The notes beneath the pieces are model-generated. The model worked only from the letters and a program-made list of their open reading frames with translations. It was not told the origin of the DNA and ran no database searches. Positions 11,158-21,029 of a DNA stretch of 64,000 nucleotides are shown here, one piece after another (position 1 is the first letter of the stretch; each line of letters opens with the position of its first letter). Origin of the DNA: Nitrosopumilus sp. (GTDB taxonomy: Archaea > Thermoproteota > Nitrososphaeria > Nitrososphaerales > Nitrosopumilaceae); NCBI GenBank assembly GCA_965207445.1, contig CBDBLX010000002.1:704001-768000 (forward strand), given 5' to 3'. A program made the position numbers and the translations under genes.

Positions 11158-11612
11158 AACTTCTGAACTAATTAAAGAATGCAGAGATGCAAAATAAAAT
11201 GAGTTTGATGCATACTATCAAACCGTAACCATATCTGTAGGTTTGAAACATTTGTTTGCAAGTTCATAACCATGTGTTTTCAAAGTTAATGAACTATCCA
11301 TGAAAACTAGTGACAACACAGTAACTCCAGATGCTATATTTCAATGCGATAATGATACTGTTGGAATCGTCTGTGAAATAAAAACGGCGCTACCCAATGA
11401 TGAAAAAATACTTTTTAAAGACATAGAAGAACAACTGGAAAAATATTCCAAAATAGAAACTCGCTGAAAAAGTCACAGACAAAGATTACGAATACAAAGT
11501 TAAATGGTCATCAAAAGCATCTAAAAATCGAAAAGAGTACTTGTTAGATAAATTATGTGGAAAAGAAAAGTCTCAAATTACTAGTGGAATACAAAAGAAA
11601 TTAACTGACTGA
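11147..11612 (+). pseudogene. PD-(D/E)XK nuclease pseudogene
   Basis: MKPKTSELIKECRDAK*NEF...ASS*PCVF...VTPDAIFQCDNDTVGIVCEIKTALP...EQLEKY...ETR*: PD, ExK and QxxxY motifs; stops at 11195, 11267, 11465; Lys-rich open frame 11469-11612 may be the C-terminus. Confidence 0.7.
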
Positions 11613-11746
11613 TTTGAATCGGTTTTACTGGCCAAGTTAATTCTTAAATCGAAATATGAAGAAATGAGATCAGTTCCGATTGTATTTATTTGGATTTAAT
11701 TTCTGTAAGAATTGGAAATTTTATATTATATTGTTCTGTGACTTCA

Positions 11747-11977
11747 GAATCTTCTGCGTTAATCGTTGGTATCTTGCACGCTAATATCATTGCCGTTTGT
11801 GTAACATCAATGCGCCACGTATTATGGCCGTCGTTGCATGAATGCTCAAGACTCTTGGATTCACATGACAAGGTTGCAACCGTTCAGTTACGTATTATCA
11901 AAAGTTTATTCAATCACGTCATGAGTACCCACAGCACTTTGCCAGATTTCCGTTACCAACATTAATGCAAAAGACCC
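11747..11977. mobile_element. ~231-bp MITE type B, copy 2
   Basis: Direct repeat of 9828-10060; ends GAATCTTCTGCGTTAAT and ATTAATGCAAAAGACCC. Confidence 0.8.
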
Positions 11978-12023
11978 CTTACTAACGTAACATCTTTTAA
12001 TGCCGTATGAACATGTCAGTACA

Positions 12024-12155
12024 ATGAAAGCGAGATTTAGTAGTATATGCCCTGAATGCAATGATAAAATAAAGGCTGGAAGAGAGATCGTAAAAAACTC
12101 CAAAGATGTATGGGTTCACAAAGCATGTTCTGATATTGAAGACGAACTCCCTTGA
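12024..12155 (+). CDS. Small zinc-finger protein (43 aa; in-frame ATG also at 12000)
   Basis: MKARFSSICPECNDKIKAGREIVKNSKDVWVHKACSDIEDELP; CxxC...HxxC. Confidence 0.65.
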   Translation: MKARFSSICPECNDKIKAGREIVKNSKDVWVHKACSDIEDELP

Positions 12156-12380
12156 ATCAAAATCAGAATTGTATTTTTGCATATGGCGCAATTCCATTTT
12201 TGGCGTTTTATGTATATGGCCATTTTTATCTTTTGATCTGCTGTTGAGTTGTCTGTATTTAATTACTGTGTGTAATTAATTACTTGATGTTGATCTTGTA
12301 TTTAACTAACAATTGCGCTATTTTTGGGCAACGTCATTACTTGACGTAATTTATTTAAGTCGGGTTTGTGCATTAAAAAT

Positions 12381-12839
12381 ATGAAAACAACAATCTTGTT
12401 GCTTGCAATTATAGCATCTGTTGCTATGATATCTGCTATATCTACTACTGCAAATGATGCGATGGCACAGACTCACTATCCGCAAGTCACGTTAACTCCT
12501 ATAAATGACGAGATTAGTATTCAACAGACACAAGTAGCCTTGAATGTCCCATCTGAGAATTCACTTCCATGGGGATATGTGACAGGACAAGCATCATCTA
12601 ATTATGTGCCTGGTTATCCTGTTGTAATTCAGTTCCACCAGAACGGAGAACCAGTACACATCGCACAGGTTAATCTCAACGATGATGGTTCTTATGAATA
12701 CATGTTCAGAGTCTTATCAATTGATTACAGTACAGGACAGACGACTCATATATTTGAAGGTGACTATATTGTCTCTATGTACAAAGTGGTTCCAAATACT
12801 GCACCTAGTATCGTAGACTCTAACACAGAGACCATCTAA
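12381..12839 (+). CDS. Exported hypothetical protein
   Basis: Signal peptide MKTTILLLAIIASVAMIS...AMA. Confidence 0.75.
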   Translation: MKTTILLLAIIASVAMISAISTTANDAMAQTHYPQVTLTPINDEISIQQTQVALNVPSENSLPWGYVTGQASSNYVPGYPVVIQFHQNGEPVHIAQVNLNDDGSYEYMFRVLSIDYSTGQTTHIFEGDYIVSMYKVVPNTAPSIVDSNTETI

Positions 12840-12912
12840 ATGCCCTTTGTTTTTGTTTTAATAAAGTGATTATTATAATATGATTTTATATTTATTTTTT
12901 GACCCCTCTGTG

Positions 12913-12962
12913 ATATTGATTGTATATTGATTGTATATTGATTGTATATTGATCGTATATTG
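12913..12962. repeat. 11-bp tandem repeat (ATATTGATTGT)x4.5
   Basis: Read directly upstream of the oligopeptidase gene. Confidence 0.9.
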
Positions 12963-13007
12963 TTTACTATCGGGTGGTTTTTTAAATGGCATGTAACATC
13001 CCAATAT

Positions 13008-14813
13008 ATGGCAGCTACTACTCGAACAAAGCATAAAACAGGTAGTTGGGATTTGAGTGAGCTTGCATCCGGACCGCGGGATTCAAACCTTGTATCACAA
13101 ATAACACTATTACAAAAAAAGACATCTCGATTTGAGAACGAGCGAAAGAACCTATTACCTGATATTTCGTCGAAAAAATTTGCAAAGATGCTACGTATGA
13201 TCGAAGATATTGTAGACCAAAGTAGTAGAATAGAGGGATTTGCATCACTGTTGCATGCTGCTGACACCCAGTCCGATGAGGCTACGTCACTTTTGATGCG
13301 TGTTGCCAAACTTGACTCTGATATATCAAATCGAATGTTATTTTTTAGTCTGTGGTGGAAACGTCACTTGGATGAAAAAAATGCCAAACGTCTTGCATCG
13401 CAATCCGGTGATCTTGAACAATATCTTTTGCATAAACGCAAACTTGCACAGTACTCGTTAAGTGAGCCTGAGGAAAAGATAATTAACATACTTGATGTGA
13501 CTGGGGCAGATGCACTTGAGAACTTGTATGACAAGATAACAAACGCATACAAGTACAAACTAAAAATAAACAAAAAAGTCCGTACAATGTCACGTGAGGA
13601 AATTGTCAATTATGTACGTAACAGTAATTCTAAATTGCGAAAAGATGCATATGTTGCGATACTATCTAGATACAATGCCGAAAAAGGCGTCATAGGTCAA
13701 ATATATCAAAACATTGTACAGAACTGGACTGATGAGACCATAAAGATACGTGGATACAGCACCCCTATATCTGCTCGAAATATTGGCAACAATCTTGACG
13801 ATAAGACTGTAAACTCACTTCTTGAAACATGTAAAAAAAATGCCCATATTTTCCAAAAATTTTTCCAATTAAAAGCCAAATTACTACATGTGAATAAACT
13901 GAGAAGATATGACATTTACGCCCCCTCTATCTCTAAAAAATCTGGGAAAAACTCCAAAGAAAAGCGCTATACGTATGATACTGCAGTTAACCTGGTACTT
14001 TGTGCACTCTCAGAATTCAGCCCCAATCTTGGTGAATTTGCAAAAGATGTCGTACTAAAAAACCACATTGACTCTGCTATACGACCTGGTAAACGTGATG
14101 GTGCATTTTGTAGTACTATATCACCTAGTATTGCTCCCTATATACTACTGAGCTATACTGGCAAGACAAAAGATGTCTTTACTCTGGCACACGAAATGGG
14201 ACATGCCGTTCACAGCCAAGCCGCCTCATCAAAGTCAATTTTGGCGCAGCATGCGCCACTTCCACTTGCTGAGACTGCATCTACATTTTCTGAGTTGTTG
14301 TTGTATGATGCTATGGATGGGCAGATGTCTGATGCTGAGCGTTTGCAGACATTGGTAGAAAAGACAGATGATCTATACGCTACGATAATGCGTCAAGCAT
14401 TCTTTACTACATTTGAGATTGCCGCACATGATGTGGTAACCAACAAGAATGGAACAATTGGTGATCTCTCAAAGTTATACATGAATAATCTAAAAGAGCA
14501 GTTTGGCAGCTCTATTGACATCTCTGCTGACTTTGAGATAGAGTGGAGCTGTATACCTCATTTTTACCACTCGCCGTTTTACTGTTATTCATACTCGTTT
14601 GGGAATTTGTTGTCTCTCTCGCTCTTTCAGAGATACAAAAAAGAAGGACGCGACTTTGTACCATCTTATGTGGATATTTTGTCTGCAGGCGGCTCTCAAA
14701 AACCCGAAGAGTTATTGTCACAGTATGGATTTGACATTTCATCACGCGCATTTTGGCAAGATGGCTTTGAGTATGTGTCTGGACAGATCAAAGAACTTGA
14801 ATCACTCACTTGA
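13008..14813 (+). CDS. pepF: M3B family oligoendopeptidase F
   Basis: 'WDLSEL', 'GKRDGAFC', HExxH 'TLAHEMGHAVH', 'AETASTFSE', 'PHFYHSPFYCYSYSFG'. Confidence 0.9.
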   Translation: MAATTRTKHKTGSWDLSELASGPRDSNLVSQITLLQKKTSRFENERKNLLPDISSKKFAKMLRMIEDIVDQSSRIEGFASLLHAADTQSDEATSLLMRVAKLDSDISNRMLFFSLWWKRHLDEKNAKRLASQSGDLEQYLLHKRKLAQYSLSEPEEKIINILDVTGADALENLYDKITNAYKYKLKINKKVRTMSREEIVNYVRNSNSKLRKDAYVAILSRYNAEKGVIGQIYQNIVQNWTDETIKIRGYSTPISARNIGNNLDDKTVNSLLETCKKNAHIFQKFFQLKAKLLHVNKLRRYDIYAPSISKKSGKNSKEKRYTYDTAVNLVLCALSEFSPNLGEFAKDVVLKNHIDSAIRPGKRDGAFCSTISPSIAPYILLSYTGKTKDVFTLAHEMGHAVHSQAASSKSILAQHAPLPLAETASTFSELLLYDAMDGQMSDAERLQTLVEKTDDLYATIMRQAFFTTFEIAAHDVVTNKNGTIGDLSKLYMNNLKEQFGSSIDISADFEIEWSCIPHFYHSPFYCYSYSFGNLLSLSLFQRYKKEGRDFVPSYVDILSAGGSQKPEELLSQYGFDISSRAFWQDGFEYVSGQIKELESLT

Positions 14814-15169
14814 TCTCATTTATACACTGGTACTAAATTATGCGTTCTAGTAGCTAGTTTTCAACCATCGAACACTTGTCAACGTGAATACTCGCATCTA
14901 TTATTGTGAGATATTAATCTGGATTTTGTAATTGATATTGTGTCTGGAATTTTATATTTATTTAGTCATTTTTTCTGAGTATATTACAAGTGAGTATTTC
15001 AAGTGGTGTGTTTGTTTATAGTTGTTGTAATGATAATTAATAATGGCCAGCAACTCAACGCACGAGTTGCCGACCTGTTCCCCGAACGGTTTGAATTCGA
15101 TGTCAATGTGATTCCGATATGCTATGATTTAAACCTTAAACTTTATACTGATTGCGGTGAGTCTAAAAT

Positions 15170-16390
15170 GTGACATTGGTACTGAATATTGTTATATCTA
15201 CACTGGTAGCAGTATCTATTCTAGTAATTCTAACCTCGTCAATCACACCTGTTAATTCTCAGTATATGCCTCATCCATTCCATGAGAGCATAACTGTATT
15301 AATTGATAGAACCGGATCTCACAATGTAACTACATCTGTCACATTACAAAGTACCGATACGATGGATATGAAAATACCTGATTCACTTGAGAGTGCAATC
15401 AGAGAGGATGGGCGAATATTTGCTGTTGTAGTGACAAATCATGACCGATGTATATTGGGCGTTGCTGATCAATCCTGTATATTGATAAGCACGCAATTAG
15501 ATAATAATGCATTAGGCATTACACAGATCCAAGAGTCTGCATTCAACACTGCTGAGATATACATCGATGAGATAAACCAACTCTTTGATACTGGTGCCAC
15601 ATTTCATTCTGTGTTTGTGCACTCTGGAAATGATCCATCAGACACTGCTACAGGTTTGCCCGCTGCAACTGCTGGTAAAACCACTGCATCTGTTGTGTAT
15701 GTGATGCCTATGCAAGATACTAACTTTATGTATGAAACAATCTCTGCAGTACTACTTTCTGCTAATATCCGAGACGCAGACGGGTTTTATGATGTTGCAA
15801 AAACATTATCCTTGAGACCACATTCTAAAATGTCTTTTTCAATTATCCCACTTGACAACAATTCCCTTTTTCAGTTAAAGGTGGCATCTGTTGGAAATAT
15901 TAATGCGACATTAATTGATGATTTGCGACCTATTGAATTAATGGAACTTGATACACTAAAACGTTCAAATTATTTGCAATCTCATCCTCTCAACTCAATA
16001 CTACAAGTTGTCATATCATCACCTGATCCTCTTACCACAATATCTGACTCTATACCTGCACCGCTCCCAACACGTGAGATAGATGGTGAAAAGATACCCA
16101 CTGAATTAAGAGATGGTTGGATATTTGACTCATCAACTGGCAAGATAATTCAAGCAAAGTATCTTTTACCATATACTGTATTGATGGCTGATAACCTTGT
16201 CATATCATTGGATAGTACTAATATCAATACTATGAATAATAACGCGACTACAACATTTAATGACATTGATATTCTTGACTCTGAGAATTATGAGCAAATT
16301 GTAATCGTAATTGCTATTGTTGCTGTTACTATTGTCACTGTTGTATTTTATCTTCGTGGGTATTCTGGACGATCTAAAGATCTAAACTAA
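15170..16390 (+). CDS. Exported protein with C-terminal membrane anchor
   Basis: N-terminal signal and C-terminal TM ending FYLRGY. Confidence 0.75.
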   Translation: MTLVLNIVISTLVAVSILVILTSSITPVNSQYMPHPFHESITVLIDRTGSHNVTTSVTLQSTDTMDMKIPDSLESAIREDGRIFAVVVTNHDRCILGVADQSCILISTQLDNNALGITQIQESAFNTAEIYIDEINQLFDTGATFHSVFVHSGNDPSDTATGLPAATAGKTTASVVYVMPMQDTNFMYETISAVLLSANIRDADGFYDVAKTLSLRPHSKMSFSIIPLDNNSLFQLKVASVGNINATLIDDLRPIELMELDTLKRSNYLQSHPLNSILQVVISSPDPLTTISDSIPAPLPTREIDGEKIPTELRDGWIFDSSTGKIIQAKYLLPYTVLMADNLVISLDSTNINTMNNNATTTFNDIDILDSENYEQIVIVIAIVAVTIVTVVFYLRGYSGRSKDLN

Positions 16391-16396
16391 TGACAA

Positions 16397-16948
16397 TTAT
16401 ATCAACAATACGGCTGCTGCAAACACAGTTGTCCATTTACCGTCCTTGTCACCTCTTGCTGCTTGTGTAATATTATGAGTGTTATATATCTGGCCTGATA
16501 TTGACCATTGTTGTCTCTTTTCATCCCAATTTTTATCTACATCAAATGGTATTCCAAGTGATGATGCGAGCATCTGTGCTGCAACATCTTCTGCATAATC
16601 ACCTGCTTGTGATGCATTTTGTCCAAATGATTCGTACTCTGACAAGTATCCGTATTTACTACTATCCTTTGGCCTTGCAAGTCCCACCGATGCTGCACAC
16701 ATGCGATGTGGTTCATTGGTTTGATTCTTGGAGTATATTGTAAATAGTATTTGGCCTGGTTTTATCTGCTTGAGTCCTTGGTTTCTTGTAATCAATTTTG
16801 CCTTTGGGGGGAATATACTTGATATCAATACAAGGTTTGTTCCTGAAATTCCTGCATTTCTGAGGGCATACTCAAAACTAGTAAGCTTGTCCTCGTGCAC
16901 ACCTTTACCTCTTGTCAAAAACAGTTTTTTTGCTACTAGATCTAGCAT
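16397..16948 (-). CDS. pdaD: Pyruvoyl-dependent arginine decarboxylase
   Basis: 'SFEYALRNAGI...NLVLISSIFPP' (Ser-Ser cleavage site), 'YGYLSEY'. Confidence 0.9.
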   Translation of the reverse strand: MLDLVAKKLFLTRGKGVHEDKLTSFEYALRNAGISGTNLVLISSIFPPKAKLITRNQGLKQIKPGQILFTIYSKNQTNEPHRMCAASVGLARPKDSSKYGYLSEYESFGQNASQAGDYAEDVAAQMLASSLGIPFDVDKNWDEKRQQWSISGQIYNTHNITQAARGDKDGKWTTVFAAAVLLI

Positions 16949-17092
16949 GTGAGAACCTTTGGTGGTTATTATTTATAATTTAGGTATATTATATATGAAT
17001 AGTTATTTTAATAGTATGTATAAATATAAAATATGTTACATTTGTGTGAAAAATTTACTCGTAAAATAAACCTAGTATGATCTCTTACTGTA

Positions 17093-17341
17093 TTATCTGC
17101 TGTCATCTCTGCGCTTTTTTTTGCGCTTACGCTTGTCCGGTGACCTCTCTTCTTGCGTTAATAATATGTATGTAAAGAAAGCACCTAGTCCGATGTTAAT
17201 CACACCCATAAACGTAATTATCATTGTTACTGATGGGGGTGCAATTACGAGTCCAATTATTATTCCAAGTCCACCTGTTGCAAAAAACAACATCATAAGG
17301 ATTTTAGCTCTGACAGGTTCGATATAGCGCATATTATACAC
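17093..17341 (-). CDS. Small two-TM membrane protein
   Basis: Two hydrophobic helices and basic tail 'DKRKRKKK'. Confidence 0.7.
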   Translation of the reverse strand: MYNMRYIEPVRAKILMMLFFATGGLGIIIGLVIAPPSVTMIITFMGVINIGLGAFFTYILLTQEERSPDKRKRKKKRRDDSR

Positions 17342-17434
17342 TGTGATATGGATAATTATAAAGTAAGTGTCTTGTAATATTATGTGGTTCTGATTCGCAA
17401 CATTTTAAATTTGAATGTAAATGCCATATATTAT

Positions 17435-17510
17435 GCCAATGTAGCTCAGCCTGGTTTAGAGCATTCGCCTTGTAAGCGAAAGGTCATGGGTTCAGATCCC
17501 ATCATTGGCT
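17435..17510 (+). tRNA. tRNA-Thr(TGT)
   Basis: GCCAATG/CATTGGC acceptor stem, D-arm TAGCTCAGCCTGG, anticodon arm TTCGC-CTTGTAA-GCGAA, T-arm GGGTTCAGATCCC; CCA not encoded. Confidence 0.95.
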
Positions 17511-17594
17511 TGTCATTATGTGTATTGGTGATTGACTTGCAACGTCACATATTTTTCCATATCAGTAGTTCAAAAAAATTAGAAGGTGTGTCAA

Positions 17595-18785
17595 TCACTC
17601 TAGTGCATAACCAGCAAATCTTGCTCCGTCTTCATATGTCACTACAGCTCTATAATTATTGCCAATGAAGGATGACTGGCTTGCAATTGCTTCGTTTCCA
17701 TTGTATGCCGTATCAATATCTGCTTTGTTTGTTCCACCCGGCCAGTGCTCTGCCAAGGCAAAAGCGTAACGTACGTCGTCCCTTGTAGGCGTTACGTGCA
17801 TGTATGCCACCACATATCTGCCCATAACATGATCCACACCTGAATATGAAAGTGCCTTGTAACCTGTGGATACTCCCTGTTTTTTGTAATAACTGCACTC
17901 CACTCCTTTTTTCTGGCAATCTTTAGTGAACACTTCTGCATAGTAATTTATCGGCGAGTATGATATTGATGATTCGTATGAAGCATTCGGCTTTGGCATT
18001 AGTGGGTGGCGTTCCTCACCGGGTGGATCAATGTGCTGAGCACCTTCTGGCGGTGGCTGATCCCATGATCGCCCTTGTGCCATTGTCAGATATCTGTCGC
18101 AGTCGTTCCCTTCTTCTATCAATGTACAATGACCGTACGAACCTACTGTTAACCAATAGTTTACATCGACATAGAACAATTCTGATGGCGGTTTTCCAAA
18201 CAGCGCATACATCTCCAATACTTCCAGTATTTCGGGTGTCAGTACCTTCATCTCGCCAAACAGGCCGGTTAGAATGTCTCCTGCGTTACCCGTCGTTGAA
18301 TATTCGGCCAGTAGATATTTGTGAAGTTTTTGTAATGGTTCTATTTCCGGTTGCTGGTATGTTTCATTTTGTATACGTTCAGAGATCACCAGTGCTGCGA
18401 TTCGGCCCGCGTCTTCTGTTGTATTTGTTAGTGTATGAAAGTTGTGTATCAACACCGCACCGCCATTGACTTTCTCCATATATTCATCACCTGTGCTGTT
18501 GCTCAAGAGATCATTCATGTGGTTGTACGCTGCCTTGGCCTGTTCTATTCCACCAAAATAGTTGACATTGGTTTGCGATTTCTCATACGGTATAAGATAG
18601 CGGTCAAAAATTTGTCCATTGGATAACGATTCTTGTTTCAATGCGGTTATACTTGATGGCGATCCCGTTCCATTTTCGTTTCCACTTTGAGCATCTGCCC
18701 ACGAGAATGGTATCGATGAAGGCAGCACTATAATCGCACTGAAAATTGATATTACCATGATAATTTTTGTTGTCTTTGAACTCAT
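17595..18785 (-). CDS. Lineage-specific secreted protein (396 aa)
   Basis: Signal peptide; more GC-rich than flanks; no recognisable family. Confidence 0.75.
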   Translation of the reverse strand: MSSKTTKIIMVISIFSAIIVLPSSIPFSWADAQSGNENGTGSPSSITALKQESLSNGQIFDRYLIPYEKSQTNVNYFGGIEQAKAAYNHMNDLLSNSTGDEYMEKVNGGAVLIHNFHTLTNTTEDAGRIAALVISERIQNETYQQPEIEPLQKLHKYLLAEYSTTGNAGDILTGLFGEMKVLTPEILEVLEMYALFGKPPSELFYVDVNYWLTVGSYGHCTLIEEGNDCDRYLTMAQGRSWDQPPPEGAQHIDPPGEERHPLMPKPNASYESSISYSPINYYAEVFTKDCQKKGVECSYYKKQGVSTGYKALSYSGVDHVMGRYVVAYMHVTPTRDDVRYAFALAEHWPGGTNKADIDTAYNGNEAIASQSSFIGNNYRAVVTYEDGARFAGYALE

Positions 18786-18913
18786 TACACGTCCTTACGA
18801 TGTTACGTTATATAAAAAGGTCGAACCAAATCCGGCGTGCCTTTTGGAGGCTTTTGTATTGGTACTACTATCTATGTATCTGTGTTTGAACTTTATAAAG
18901 AATCATGCGGTTG

Positions 18914-19430
18914 CAGTACTCGGAAATGTGTCTCCCGCAGGCAGTAATTGGGCAGTTGAATGTGGGTTGAGCGGCCACTGAGTGCCGCTTTATCATGATT
19001 AGATAAAATCTATATTATAACGTCCTTGCCCGCCCCCTGTGAGTATTGGCAAAAGTGGACAGGTGCGCCGCAGGGAGGCGGGTACGTGGATACTAAATGT
19101 CTCATCAGCCGTCATGAAATCCGCAGGCGTCGGGTTCTCGTCCGGGCACAATGCGCGCTACGGGGTGCGGGAATGACTGGCAATCCTGGTCGAGATGTGT
19201 AGCCAATCCCTGACGGCGGAGTCCGCGGTCCGGAACCTCAAGAACATACGCACCGCGCCGTCGGAGAAATGGTTTCGCACCATGATGAACATGATCAGCC
19301 GGGACGGGGCGGAGGCCGCCTGCGGCATGATGGTGAGACTAACCGTGCGGCTGGCCAAGAAGCGCGGCATGGGTAGGAGGGGAAGCGTACTGATGGCAAT
19401 AGACAAGTACCTGATCGGGCAGTTCGACCT
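18914..19430 (+). mobile_element. Truncated ISH3-family IS (left end plus transposase N-terminus)
   Basis: CAGTACTCGGAAATGTG matches the intact ISH3 TIR at 43953 at 13/17; 'PSEKW...AKKRGM...AID' parallels 'PSENT...AKKHNM...AID'. Confidence 0.7.
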
Positions 19431-19937
19431 GGTACGTGACTTGCTACAATGTAACCGCCACGCAAAAGGTCTGGCTAGTATTAATGCATCTATACCTTGT
19501 CTGTCTTTTTTTTTTGATGCTGCAATCACCTTTGTTGATCTGGGATTGGATAAGATTACATCCGGATTTAATTTCTCCTTGAGGAATTTGTACATCTTAT
19601 ACCATACAGAGGATGATTCAATCACATACTTTGCACCGTCTGGAAATTTGACAAACTTTTTTTCCACAATTTTGTAATCACATTCTATCTTTTCATTTTG
19701 TAAAACTGTTCCATCAGATTGCATGATGGCAACCCGCATGAATTTTTTGTGAAGATCAATTCCGACAAAATACTCTTCAGGTGTCTTTGTCGATTTCTTT
19801 TTCTTCTTTTTCGTCACAGGGCTTGTAACTGTCTTCATATGTACACTTTTTTTACCCATAATCTGTTTGTTTGCATTTTTGGCTTTGTTATGGTTGGCAT
19901 CATCTAACCTACTTGATGTGCTTTTCTTTTTTTCCAC
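19431..19937 (-). pseudogene. IS110-family transposase N-terminal (DEDD) fragment, frameshifted and truncated
   Basis: 'VGIDLHKK', 'VIESS', 'NP', then frameshifted KTD..DA..LA and LLRGGYI..SHVP; C-terminal domain absent. Confidence 0.85.
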
Positions 19938-19999
19938 ATATGATTAATTCCATAATTTTTTGTAGTATATGTTATATATGATTTGAGCCTATTGCATAT

Positions 20000-20947
20000 A
20001 TGATTTTGCACAAACAACTTATGCAACCTCTATTCGTTTTTGTGTTGGCGGTGTTTGTAATGTCGTCTACGTTTGTAGCAACTGATGCATTTGCAGACAT
20101 TCCTCCATGGATAAAGCAGAGTGCAGGATGGTGGGCCGATGGAATGATATCTGACAGTGAATTTCTGACAGGTATTTCTTATTTGATATCTACCAACACA
20201 ATTGTGGTCTCTATAGATGACATGCATGACGTTACCTCAGAAAAAGAAGATTCTGTTCCTCCATGGATAAAACAGAGTGCAGGATGGTGGGCCGATGGAC
20301 TGATATCTGATACTGACTTTCTTAGTGGTATTCAGTATTTAATACATGTAGGATTGATTACTGTCTCTGTATCTGATATGATCGGATCAGATAACGTCTC
20401 TAGTGAAGAAAATAACGAAAATGATGCTACTCTTGCAAAACTCAAATCAGATCTTGAAGAGTGCTCACAGATTACAAAAGCACACAAGCGAATTGATTGC
20501 GAAAAGCCGATCAAACAAGCAATTCTAGTACATGACTATAAAACAAATGCAGATGTGTTTTCAGTGGGGCCAATAAACTATTACTGGCTAGGATTAGATT
20601 CTGATGGGAATAGTTTTGAGATAACTCCATCTGGCCAAGCATTATTGGCGTTACGACTACTTGCAGAGAACACAAGCAACGAGATACAGTCACTGAACTG
20701 TACAAGTCCTGCTTTGTGTAATTATGATGTCTGGGATGGTTCTACTGCATTCCGGTATGCTGGTACTGACTTTACAAGTGGACAAATAGTACTAAATCCT
20801 GGTGATGCACGTGAATTCAATATACTCTTTGGACCTAATGTCGGATATGGGGGCTCAACGTTTCTGTATGATGAATCAAAAGATTATCATTTTAGAATAA
20901 ATGAATCATTTGGTTCTGTTATGATTCCAGTTGATATTCCAAACTAG
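20000..20947 (+). CDS. Secreted protein with two N-terminal IPPWIKQSAGWW repeats
   Basis: Signal ending AFA; duplicated 'PPWIKQSAGWWADGxISD'. Confidence 0.8.
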   Translation: MILHKQLMQPLFVFVLAVFVMSSTFVATDAFADIPPWIKQSAGWWADGMISDSEFLTGISYLISTNTIVVSIDDMHDVTSEKEDSVPPWIKQSAGWWADGLISDTDFLSGIQYLIHVGLITVSVSDMIGSDNVSSEENNENDATLAKLKSDLEECSQITKAHKRIDCEKPIKQAILVHDYKTNADVFSVGPINYYWLGLDSDGNSFEITPSGQALLALRLLAENTSNEIQSLNCTSPALCNYDVWDGSTAFRYAGTDFTSGQIVLNPGDAREFNILFGPNVGYGGSTFLYDESKDYHFRINESFGSVMIPVDIPN

Positions 20948-21029
20948 TAACCCCACTATTTTTCATTTTTATATTTTTTTTTACCATCTGTATTGGATAT
21001 CATATACTTTTGATTAATATCTTGGCTTG

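Larger units (their letters stand above)
9828..11977. mobile_element. Composite transposon bounded by two direct-repeat MITEs, 9-bp TSD CTTACTAAC
   Basis: CTTACTAAC at 9819-9827 and 11978-11986; outer ends GGATCTTCTGCGTTAAT and ATTAATGCAAAAGACCC are inverted repeats (14/17). Confidence 0.85.

Noticed and set aside
9804..11965. ORFs 9804-10100 and 11690-11965 as paralogous genes
   Set aside because: Open frames within the MITE; their starts lie in unrelated flanks and they show no protein motifs.
9828..11977. Repeat pair as DGR template/variable repeats
   Set aside because: Differences are not adenine-specific, no reverse transcriptase is present, and TIR/TSD structure explains the pair.
17435..19999. 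Integrase-type island with att duplication of tRNA-Thr
   Set aside because: No repeat of the tRNA 3' end and no integrase found.
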